Source: Candidatus Sumerlaeota bacterium (GTDB lineage: Bacteria; Sumerlaeota; Sumerlaeia; Sumerlaeales; Sumerlaeaceae). Taken from it: a DNA stretch of 64,000 nt. Shown here one piece after another: positions 18,074 to 30,000 of the stretch (position 1 is the first letter of the stretch; every line of letters starts with the position of its first letter). The notes under the pieces are model-generated. The model searched no databases. It was not told where the DNA came from and saw only the letters and a program-made list of their open reading frames with translations. The position numbers and the translations under genes are program-made. The stretch is taken from the NCBI GenBank assembly GCA_012513815.1, contig JAAZBM010000007.1, positions 22,153 through 86,152 on the forward strand, written 5' to 3'.

Positions 18074-21000
18074 TTAGAACAGTTCCCATGTGTCGACTGC
18101 GGAGTATCTTCTGTATACTCCCTCAACGAGTGTCGTCGTGCCGGCGGTTACCGATACCGTTTGAGGTATAGGCGCTGCCCAACGTTTCTCGTAGATTTCG
18201 CGGAATACGACACCGTATGTTCCGGGCTTGAGATCAGTGATCGTGGCTCCGGATGTATGCCATGTCAATCCGCTGTCGATGCTCCACGCTGCGCCATCCG
18301 CGACTGCATCCCCAGGCGAGATGCTGACGCTGATTGCTCCGAGGATCTGGGTGTAAGTTGCCTTGACCTCGTAGATTTGCACGTCGGTAGCGTCGACGGT
18401 CTTGTCTTCAGGTTTCGTCCAGCCTTCCACATCGTTGAACTTAACGGTGTATGTATTGCCGGAGTCGACTTTGATTGCCGTTCCGCTCTGGTACGATGTT
18501 GTGAAGTTGTCAATTGACCAGCGTGACTCTGCAGGTCCATTGATGTTCACGATGAGGGTTGCTTTGCTCTTTGTGTAGATTCCCGTGAGAATGAGTTTCT
18601 CGGACGAGGTTACATCGGCAAGCATATCCTCAGGCTTATCGTATCCGGCGACGCTCTTGAATGTTACCGTATATTGGTCAACGGGGACATTCTCTTCGAC
18701 TTCGCCAGACTTATGCCATTCGCCGGCAGCGGCCTTGTAAGGCGCACCCTTGACGAGCATCCATCCGGCTCCCTCGACAACGGCTTCAGGTTCGATGTTC
18801 ACCTGTACGGATCCAATGATTCTGGTATATGAATCATCGGCCAGTATGATTTCGGTGAGCTGGCTCTTGTCGCCGACGAATGAGAGCGGTGCGGGTGTGT
18901 TGTAACCCGTGACATCTTTGAATGTCACGAATGTTTCTTCGGAATCGAAGACTTCCGCTGTTGCATCATTGTCGAACCATGTTGTGCCGCCATCGACGCT
19001 CCACTGAGCACCTGCGGGGGCATTGCCAAGGTTGACCTTAACGAAGGCGATACGTTTGTAGACACCCATGTTACGGTCAGACGATACGCCGTACATCATG
19101 TCGCCAAGGTTGGCGTCTTTGATGACGACTGCGTCGTTGTAGAGTCCGGGGACGTTGGCAGCGGTCGTCAGTGTCTGGAGAAGCTCGCCTGTATCCGCAT
19201 TGTAGATGGACAGGCTTTGCTTTCCGCCACCGCCGCAACCGGATGCATGCGTCAGGGTGTTGTCGGCCTTGTTGTAGAAGAGACCGCCATTACCTGCTGC
19301 GCCGGCTGGGTTTGCGAACTCGCTGACGGTGACATTGCTGTAGTCGCTTGCGACGAAGGTCACCTTGTAGATGGTCTTGTATCCGTTTGCGAGGATAAAC
19401 AATGTATCGTTACCCTTTGCCGCGATGTCGCGAGCGTGATCGGCGACTCCATCAACTGTCAGGTTGAGCGTTTCGTCGTTCTTGACCAATCTAACAGACT
19501 TCTTGCTAGCCATGAAGAGTTGCGGCAAGACAACCGTTCCATCTTCAAGGACTGCGTTGCACTGGAGTCTGTCGACCGGACCAACGATGTACTTACCGCC
19601 GTCGCGCCATGTCGTATCGAGTGTACCGTCGGTCTTGAACTTCAGGGTTTCCTGAGGCGAACCGGCGCTACCATCGATTGTGACGACGACGCCACCATCG
19701 GTTGTCTGCGAGAGTCCGAGATAACCGTTTGTATTGGCACCCCAATCCGGTGTCTCGGTGTTACGGTTACGCGACGCAAGCAACGTTGCCTCTGTCGGGG
19801 CAATCTTGCCATTGGCTGCGAACTTGATAACAGCCGCAGTCTTCTGAGCATCGCCCAACGCGCCGTAGCCACCGATATAGAGGTTGTTTTCGCTATCGGC
19901 TGCGATGTGCGATGAGCTAACGGTCGCGTTGATGCCGTTCAGCGAGTAAGCACCATAGAGTTTCCATGGGACGAACTCTTCGATTTCCGTGTACTGTGCG
20001 GTCGTCTCGTAGCTGTCACCTTCGTCGATTGTGAAGTACTGAAGCGCAGGTGCTGCGTATCCGTTGACTCCCTTGAAGCTCAGGACGAAATCTCCTGCGT
20101 CAAGGTCTGTCACGGTCTGACCGCTCTCGTACCATGTTGTCCCACCATCGACTGACCACGCCGCGCCCGCAACGACTGCTTCTTCGGGTGACAAGGTCAC
20201 CTTCAGTGAGTCAATCTTCTTGTGGACGAATTGTGCTTCGATGGTGTGGTTTGCTCTGACGCGCTTGAACTCGTAGGAGGTCACTGCGCCCACAGACTCG
20301 CCATCGACAAGGACATCGGCAAGGTTGTAGCCTTCGGAGACAGCGATTGCGTATGTTTGCGACTCGTCATAAGCCAGTGTCTTTTCGCCCACAGGCTCGA
20401 TGGTGCCGCCAACATTATCTTTAACGCTTGCCGTCACTGTGTACTGTTTCATTCTGAGGAACGCCTCGACGGTATGAGTTGCTTGGACATCCTCAAATGT
20501 CACCGTAGTTGTCGGTGCGACTTCGACGCCATCGACCTTCAGGAGATAAACCTCATAAGGATCAATTGGGTTGTAAGCCGGGTCGACATCTTCGGTTGTC
20601 TTCGGTGTAATGACAACGGTGAAATCTGTGTCTTGCGGTACGTTCGTTGTCGGAGTGATTGTTGCCATATCTTCCGTGCAAGAGGTACTAACCTCGAAGC
20701 CGCGGAGGATACTCAGATTACTAATCTGAATCATGTCGGGTAGAGCAGAAGCACTGTCGGAACCCAATTTCATGTAGACGGAGCGGCCACTATACAACGG
20801 ATGTTGATTTGTGAACTCGACTCCCTGCGCTGCCAAGTCGGCAAAGGTCAGCGGCGTGACGCCATCGGCGGCAAACAACTGGTCTCCAATCTTCTTGGCG
20901 TTGAACGCGCTGTAGTCATTATCGGTATCTTCGACGAACTCGGTACCGTTCCAGATGTAGCCGACGCCGAACGAGTTAATCTCGTCAGCCTTCAGCGTTG

Positions 21001-24000
21001 CATAGTTCAGTTCCGCACCCTTTGCCGCTGTGAAGTTCTTCGCGGCGACGGGGATGATCATCGACTTATCAGCAGAGATAATAAGGAAGTTCGTGACAGG
21101 CCACATATCATCATGACCAGCGAAGATTTCCTCATTAATGTTGAATGAGAAGATACCGAAGTCGCTCAACTTGCACTCACTCAATCCCTTGTTGTAGATT
21201 CCGGCGGTTGCGCCGTCAAAATCAAGCAATAAGTTATGAGCGGTTGCGCTTTGAGCGCGAATTGAAGCGATGTGGTTCGCAACGACACTGGTTTCGGAAC
21301 TTATCCAATCACCGGCCATTGTCATGGCGTGGAAATCGGCAATCTTCACTGTCGGGTTCGTCACCTTCACCGTGGCGGGCAATGCTTCCGTAGTTGTCGG
21401 ACCACCAACCAGCACGATGTAGATTCCATAACCGGCCTTGCTAGCGCCACCGCCAACCGTGGGAGGATATTCACCCGCGGGCGGCGTTGCGATGGTCAGA
21501 TGACCGATGTCGGAGAGAACCAGACGAGCGGCAGTGGAGCCAGCTGCGTCACGAGTCATATAAGTACCGGCGTCGACACCGCGGAATTCGGGCGTCATCC
21601 AGCCGAGATTCCCGACTGTGCGTGGGCCAGCCTCGTAGACGAGGAAGTCGGCGTTCTGCAAGTCATAGAACCCGTTCATGGTATCATTGCTACCTTGATA
21701 GTACTTGTCGATGCTCAACAATGCGTAGTGTCCTTCGCCATCGGTGACCCAGACATTGAAGTATGTCTCATAGTCTGTAGTCGCTTCGGCTGTCCAGCTA
21801 ATCTCGAAGATATCGTTGAGTTTCATGCCGTTGAAGTCGCGAGACCCGAATCCAATCTTCTTGGTTCCGTAATCGGTGAATCCGGCGGTGATGCCATTTT
21901 CAATCAACTCGTAGCTATCGTCGCCCGAACCGGACGGACGGATGCAATGTCCGCCCCAGAATCCCGAAACAGGTGTCAGCGTTACGGTCTCCTCGACCAG
22001 TTCGCCGCTTGCGCCCTTGACGATGACAGGTTCGCCTGCCCAACCACTGATTGTGTCGTTGAAGGTGATAACCTGATCGACGTCGCAGAGTGCCTTAGCG
22101 GTCTGCCCACTTGCGTACCATGTTGTGCCGCCATCGAGGCTCCACTTGGCACCATTGACAGGTGCGTAGGCGGGTTCGAGGGTGACCTTGATGTCGCAGT
22201 AGATTGTCTTGTAGGCCGAGGCGGGGACCTCGTAGGTTGTGTTACCGTCAATTGTTACGTTGATCGGCGCAGGAACCTCGTAGCCCTCGACTGTCGAGAG
22301 TGTTACGGTCGCAATCGACTTATCGAAGACTTCCACCGATGCCATGCTGTCGTTCCAAGTTGTACCGCCATCGATGCTCCACTTTGCACCTTCGGGGCAC
22401 TGACTCAGGTCGACGGTCAGGGCTACGGTGTGTTTGTAGACGGCGATCTGCTTGTCAGAAGATACCGCATACATCATGTCTCCGTTGACTGCGTCTGGGA
22501 TGACCACCACATCATTGTAGGTAGCGGGAACTTCCGCACCGCTCAGTGACTGCACCAACTCGCCAGTTTCGGCGTTGTAGATGTTGATGCTCTGCTGACT
22601 GGAGGCTGCGCCCACTGTCGCATGAATGAGTGTGTTATCCAGTTCGTGGAAGTACAAGCCGCTGCGTGTGCCGGCGTTCGTGGGTTTCACGAATTCGGTC
22701 ACTGTCGCGTCTGCGAGTGTCGTTCCATTGAAGAGGACCTTGTAGATTGTTGTGTCGTTGTCGGCAAGGATGAACATTGTGTTCGACCCCATGACGACGG
22801 CGTCACGTGCGTAGTTGTTAATGTCGCCTTCGACAGCCATGTTGGTAATGACCACGTTGTCTCCGTCTTGTTCGACGAAGCGGATTGACTTGTTGTCGCC
22901 AATCATGAGGCGTGGAAGTGCCAGTGTGCCGTCTTCAAGGACTGCGTTAGCTTGGAAGCGTGGGGCTTCGGCGGTAACATCATAGATACCGTCTACGGCC
23001 CAGTCTGTGTCAACCTCGCCACCGTTCTTGAGCTTCAATGTGAAGGCAGGCGATGAAGCCGCGCCGTCCATTGTCGCGAAGATGCCGCCATCGGGTGTCT
23101 GGCTCAGGCCAAGGTAACCATTGGTCAGAGCTTCGCCCCATGCGCTGCGGACGCCGACCAGTTCGACTGTCTCGGGTGCTGTTGCGCCGTTGGCTGCGAA
23201 CTTCAGGAGTGCCGCGTCGGATTGCGAGGTGCCACCGTAGCCATAACCGCCGATGTAGATGTTCTTATCTGCGTCAGCAGTGATATGTTGCGTCGAGGCT
23301 GTCGCATTTGTCAAGCCAGCAAGTGAATAGGTTCCGAAGAGCTTCCACTGTGCGTAGTTGATGAGGCGTGTGTATTCTTTGTCGAATGTCTGGGGTTCGC
23401 CCACTACTACCGTTACCGGGAAGCTATCGGGCGCTTTGAATCCAGCCACGGACTTGAATACGATTAGATAGTCGTCAGGCAGCAAGTAGACTTTGTCTCC
23501 ACTGTTGTGCCATGGACCACTGAGCGATGTGCTCCACTGTCCTTGTGAGGTTCCGGTGATGTTGATTGTCACCGAGCCGGCTGCTGCGAATGTCACGCTA
23601 ATCTGGTGGTCAGCCTTTACCTCTGTGAAGGTGTATTCGGCCACCGCGCCGACGGACTCGCCGTCGACCGTGACATCGCTAATGATGTAGTCTTCATTCG
23701 CGGCAATCGCGAAGCTCTGGTCTTCGCCGTAGTTAACGGTGACGTCACCCGAAGGTGTAATCGTGCCGTTCTCACCGGCGCTTGCGGTAATCGTGAATGT
23801 ATCAATCGCGAACTCGACCGCAATCGTATGATCCGCTGCCACATCTTCAAATGTGTAGCTGTCAGCGACTGTGACTTCAGCTCCGTCAACGACCACCTTG
23901 GATACATGGTAACCGGTGTTGGCTGCGAAGTCGAAGGTCTGGTCGGCGCCGTAGTTAACGGTGACGTCACCCGAAGGTGTAATCGTGCCGTTCTCACCGG

Positions 24001-27000
24001 TGCTTGCGGTAATCGTGAATGTATCGATAGCGAACTCGACCGCAATCGTGTGATTTGCAACAACATCCGTGAATGTGTAACTGTCGGCGATTGTGACTTC
24101 CGCTCCGTCTACGACGACCTTGGCGATATGATAGCCGGTGTCTTTGGCGAACGCGAAGGTCTGGTCGGCGCCGTAGTTAACGGTGACTTCACCCGAAGGT
24201 GTAATCGTGCCGTTGCCACTGGCGCTTGCAGTAATCGTGAATGTATCAATCGCGAACTCGACCGCGATTGTGTGATCCGCAACCACATCTTCAAATGTGT
24301 AACTGTCGGCGATTGCGACTTCTGCTCCGTCTACGAGCACCTTGGCTACATGGTAACCGGTGTTAGCTGCGAAGTTGAAGGTCTGGTCGGCGCCGTAGTT
24401 AACAGTGACTTCACCCGAAGGTGTAATCGTGCCGTTCTCACCGGTGCTTGCGGTAATCGTGAATGTATCAATAGCGAACTCGACCGCAATCGTATGAGGC
24501 ACTGCCACATCTTCAAATGTGTAGCTGTCAGCGATTGTGACTTCCGTTCCGTCAACGAGCACCTTGGATACATGGTAACCGGTGCTGGGTGCAAAGTTGA
24601 AGGTCTGGGCTTCGCCATAAGCAACTTCGACTTCGCCAGCGGGCGTGATAGTGCCGTTTTCACCGGCGCTTGCGCTGATGACTGGGTTGTAAGATGCGGA
24701 GTGTTGCGATGTGCCATCCTTGGTGATGGCGACATCTTCGATTTCGTCAGGTGCGATCCAACCGTCAACATCCTTGAAGCTGATGGTGTACTCACCGCCA
24801 ACGGGCACCGTTGCCATTGCGGCACTGGCAAGCCAGCCACTGTCGAAGGCATCGCCACCAGCGATCTTCCACTGAGCGCCAGCTGTCACCGCTTCCGCAG
24901 GTTCAAGTGTCACGGTTTCAGTACCGGTGTAGTAACTGACGGTATCATCCGCGGGGACGACCTTTTGCTTCTCGGCACTCTTGGCAACATTCAGTGTGTA
25001 ACCGTTGAACGTACAACCTGTGTCAACCTTGACCGAGACATTTTCGCTCAATGCGTTAACACAGTATTTGCCATCAAGATCCACACCCTGAGAGAATACG
25101 CAATTCTTGATTCCCGCTGTGGCCGTACCGACCGCTGTGCCACCATTATTATCATAGACCATATTCAATCCGGTGTTTCCACCCGTAATGGTGCAGTCGT
25201 TCAAGAATGCGGTCGCATTGCCCGGGATTGTCGCCGATGCATAGTATCCACGAACCTCGAAACCTGTTTCGTTGTCGATGAATTGACAATTGTTGAAGGT
25301 TGCATAGGCACGAATACAATTGACCCAGCATTGAACGGTCGAAACGCGAGCGCCGAATGTGTTATTCGTGAATGTCGAGTTTTGGATAATCGGATTGCTG
25401 ATGCCATAAATGTCATTGACTTCAACACCGACTTCGAATCCATCAACCGAGTTGTTATCAAGCACAAGGTCGTCATTCTTACCAAGGGTCGTGAGGTACA
25501 AACCAACAACCGGCAATCTCGGGCTCGAGATATAGCGATATCCTTGTGTAAAGACATTGTCCTTGATGTTGAAGTGATATCCTGAGCCAGGACCGCCACA
25601 CGCTTCATTATACATCAGACCAACATGAACGTTGTTCGCGCTGTTGCCTGTGACGTTGCAATCGGTTATTGTCCCGGCTGGAGTCGCATTGGTATAGAAT
25701 TCGTAACGATAAGCGTATGTCGTATTCTCTGCCAAGTTGTCCACAATGTCAAGAACCACATTATTGTAAGCTAAGATTCCCATAAAGTTGTCGGTGAAGT
25801 AGTTCCCTTGAGCAAGGATGCCATTGGAACTATATTGTGCTTCGCCGGAGCCGGTATACTGGACAAGATATCCATAACAGGAGATGCCTTTGACAATGTT
25901 ATTCGTCAGATTGATGTTTGCATTGCCAATGTAAACACCCGGAGCGAAGGACACCTTTATGCCTACGCTGCCAACATCCAAGCCATCGAACGTAAAGCCG
26001 GAAATGGTAACATCACGGGTCGAGATACCAAATACGGATTCCTCTTCCGTTACACATGGCATGTTGTTAACCAACACAGCCTCGGCCGTGCGATCGGTAT
26101 TCGGGAAACTCTTGACTCCATTGCCGTCAACAGCATAAGCCGGAAGTGTCGCGTTCGGGCCAAGAATCGTGAGTGCCTTGTCAATACTCACTTCTTCATT
26201 AAAGATGTACTCACCGGCGGCCACGTGAATGATTTCGCCTTCGCGAGCACATTCAACCGCGAACGGAATCGTCGCAAACGGATTTGCTTCGCTACCGTCG
26301 CCGGTCTCGTCGCTACCTGTGGTCGCGACGTACCAGTCGAGGACACCGGCTGCAGGCGTGTATGTTGCAGTTGCTTCTGCCGTTTCACCCTCGTTGACTT
26401 CCACTTCTTGTTCAGAAGGTGCAATCCAACCATAGACAGGCTTGAACGTGACAGGATAGAAGCCGGCATCAACCTTTGCAATCTCACCGGACTTGTACCA
26501 TGTCGTACCGCCGTCGATGCTCCATGCGCCGTTGTATGTGGCACCTTGCGGCAACAATGTCACTTTGATTTGTGACTTTGCAACGTAAGTACCTGTCGCA
26601 GTGAATGTACCATCTTTGTCGATGTGCATGAATCGAGGAGCAGGAGTCGCGAAGAACTCGATATCCTTGTAGGTGATTGTGTAGTCACCGGCAGGAACCG
26701 CGAGTTGCTCGGCGCTGTTCTTCCAACCGCTGTCGTAGGCGTCGCCACCGGCGATCTTCCACTGAGCACCAGCCGTGATAGCTTCCTGAGGAGCAAGCGT
26801 CACGGTCAGGTCACCGGTGTAGTAAGTCACGGTCGTCGTATCATTCGGGATGACCTTCGCCACGGCCTTCGCCGGGTTCAAGAGCATGCCGTTAAACGTG
26901 CAACCTGTGTCAACCTTGACAGTCTGGTCGAGCGGACTTATGAGTGTTCCGCTTGTGCCAACTTCGACGCAAACTGTCTCGTCACCGACCTCGCCCTGCG

Positions 27001-30000
27001 TAAACGTGCAATCTTTAATCATGACCTTGGTCTTTATAGGTGCAGGTGAACGTGTGGAGCCAAGCGCGTCTTCGGTGTAGACATACAGACCCTTGTCACC
27101 GCCGGTGACCGTCAGACCAACCAGTTCGGCTGATGTCGAATAGGCTATAGTCGAGCGTTTCGCCTGAGGGCTTTGGACGTTGGCAACAACGATACCAAGG
27201 CCGCCATCAGGAACGGTAACAGTTCCACCTTCGATTCTGGCTGCGACGTCTCTATATGAATACTCATAGGGAGGACCCCAAGGTGAATAGTACTTGGTTC
27301 TGTCACTAATCAGAATACCGATATCATTATTAGTGAAGGTGTTGTTGAGCATCTTCGGGTATCCGTTGAAGATTTTGTATGAGTACATATCAACGCCACA
27401 TTCATTGTTTTCGACAACGTTATTCTCGAAGGTGACTCTGTCGCCATCCGCATATGACCAAACGGTGAGACCGCATGGAGTATGACTAATCGGGAACTGG
27501 CCTCTGCCTGTGATTGTGTTATTACTGATGATAAGTTCAGCAGCTTTCACACCACCACTGGGAAGCGAATGGTTGAAGCGAATACCAACGCCGCAATCCA
27601 CAATCGTGTTGCCATTGACATACTGTTTGTAGTCAACGGCCGTGCCGGTCGGGCTGCCGTTCAAGTTTTCGAACGCCATTGCCAACCAGCAGTTTTCGAA
27701 CTTATTGTCGATGGCATCGAACTCGCAGTTATTGGTAGAAATCGCGCCAATGTAAGCAATCTCGGAGAAGTAGTTATCCTTCACCAGAATGCCGTTAGCG
27801 GCGTCCGTAGCATTGCGTGTCGCGCAAAAGGCATACACACCGGCCGTGTTGAAGTTGGACAGACGGTTGTTCGTCAGAACGACATTCACATCCGCGTTGT
27901 CCAAACCTACGAAGTAAGGAACAAGACCGGCTGAAAGACCATCGTTCAAATCAGGATTAATCATCGGATCACTGTTCATGCCATTGAGGCTCAAACCGGA
28001 AACGGTGACATCACGAGAAAGGATGTCAATCATGTCGGCACCAGAGAAGTCTGGGAAGTTTGCGATGTCGGCCTTAATGACAGCTTCAGCACCACGATCT
28101 TCAGCATAACCCTTCTTGTCCGAGTTCGGACCAAGGAGAGACAATGGCTTGTCAATCTCGATTGTTTCACTGATAAGGTACTCGCCGGCAGCCACGTGAA
28201 CGATATCACCTTCACGGGCGCAAGCAATACCGAACTTAACGGTCGCGAACGGATTTGCTTCGCTACCGTCGCCGGTCTCGTCACTACCCGTTGTTGCCAC
28301 GTACCAGTCGAGAATACCGGCTGTCTTGACAAAGACACCGCTTGCTTCGGTAATAATACCGGAAACCAGTTCGACTGTCTCCGACGCAGGTGCTGTCCAA
28401 CCACGAGGCGGCGCCTGGAAGCTTAACGTATAAGTTCCCGCGTCGGCCTTTACGGAAGCGCCACTGGCGTTCCAAGTTGTGCCGCCATCGATAGACCACT
28501 TCGCGCCGGCGGCGGCGGCTTCGGCCGGAGTCAGCGTTACGTTAATCTGTGCTCTTTCGACATATTCGGCGGTTGCGGTTGACTCGCCATCCTTGACGAT
28601 TGTCACGGATTGCGTGGCGGGTGTCGCGTAGATGTCGATGTCCTTGAAGATCAACGTATAATCGCCGAACGGAGCCGCGAGTGTCGCGCCGCTGTTCTGC
28701 CAGCCACTGTCGTAGGCGTCGCCACCGGCGATCTTCCACTGAGCACCAAGAGCGACAGCTTCCGAGGGAGTCAGCGTCACGGTCAGGTTACCGGTGCAAT
28801 AGCTGACGGTATCGTCCGCCGGGATGACCTTCTCCGCGGCCTTCGCCGGGTTCAAGAGCATGCCGTTGAACGTGCAACCTGTGTCAACCTTGACACTGGT
28901 TGCTGTGGTAGCGTCGACGCAGTAAGTACCATCACCAATCTCACCTTGCGTGAAGGAGCAATCTTTGATGGAGGCTCTTGCCTGACAACCAAGACCTGTT
29001 GGATCGGTAACTTGAACCGCAAGACCCTTTGCACCGCCAGTAAACGTGCAGTTCTCAAGATTGAGGTTCGCGTTAAACTTGCCCCAAGTCGTGAAGGATG
29101 TGTTAATTGTTGTTGACATGGCATCAACAAGAACACCTGTACCACCTGCCGGAATAGTGAAGCTATTTCCGGTGATGGTTTGATTCATGTTGGAACCCCA
29201 AGTCTTACCATCAGGGCCGCCGGAGTAATCAATGACGGTCGCGAAGCGAATACCAACTTCGTTATCAATGAAGTTGTTATTTCTCAAGTTAAGAGTCTGA
29301 GCACCCCACAAGGTCGCACCATACTTTTGGTTCTTGAATGTGTTATTCTCAATCGTAATAACATTAGTTTTGGGAATCAACGCATACATCAGGATACCAC
29401 CTGGTGTTAACGTAGTCTCATTACCAAGTGCGGGGTTGTAACCATCGAACGTGTTGTTACGAAGGACAAACTCGCTTGTCCTAGACTGAGAAGGCCAGTT
29501 GTTGTAACGGAAGCCAATGAAGCAGTCAACAGTAAGGTTATTTTCGAAGTACTGCTTGTAATCGGCGGGAGTATCCTCGCACTGACCGATAGACTTTTCT
29601 AAAACAAGTCCAATACGGCAGAGTTCAGCCTTATTGTTACGGACATTCATATCCACATTTGCATCACTGACGAAGCCAAACCAAGCATTCGTCACGTAGT
29701 TACCAACAGCCTCAATACCATTAGCATGGTTCGCACCAGCATAGGATGGACTAAAGGAGTAAACACCGGCATCACCCATATTGCTGAATCTGTTATTCAA
29801 GATGTTGATATTGGCAGAGGGATGCTCGCCTGTCAAGTAGATCAAGAGACCATAAGCGATACCTGTATAGCCATCAAGGAAGTTGTCGTTCTGACCGTCG
29901 AGTTCGAAACCACTGAAGGTCACATCTTCAGAAGTAATTTCAACCATAACTCCTTCAAGCATGTCGGGCAGAGCCGGTTTCAACAACGCTTCAGCGCCGC

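Noticed and set aside
23585-24685. The regular 222-bp repeats as a possible CRISPR array or non-coding satellite
   Set aside because: The period is far too long for CRISPR and there are no unique spacers. The repeats are in frame and encode a recognisable 74-aa domain within a continuous ORF.
23606-25585. A 659-aa + strand ORF, with similar ones at 21272..22549, 33035..34141 and 31922..32506, inside the giant gene
   Set aside because: These are antisense shadows of the minus-strand gene. Their products are Cys/Arg/Val-rich repeats (..VVNGDVTRRCNRAVLTGACGNRECI..) with no start context. The minus frame carries the coherent domain motifs and a signal peptide.
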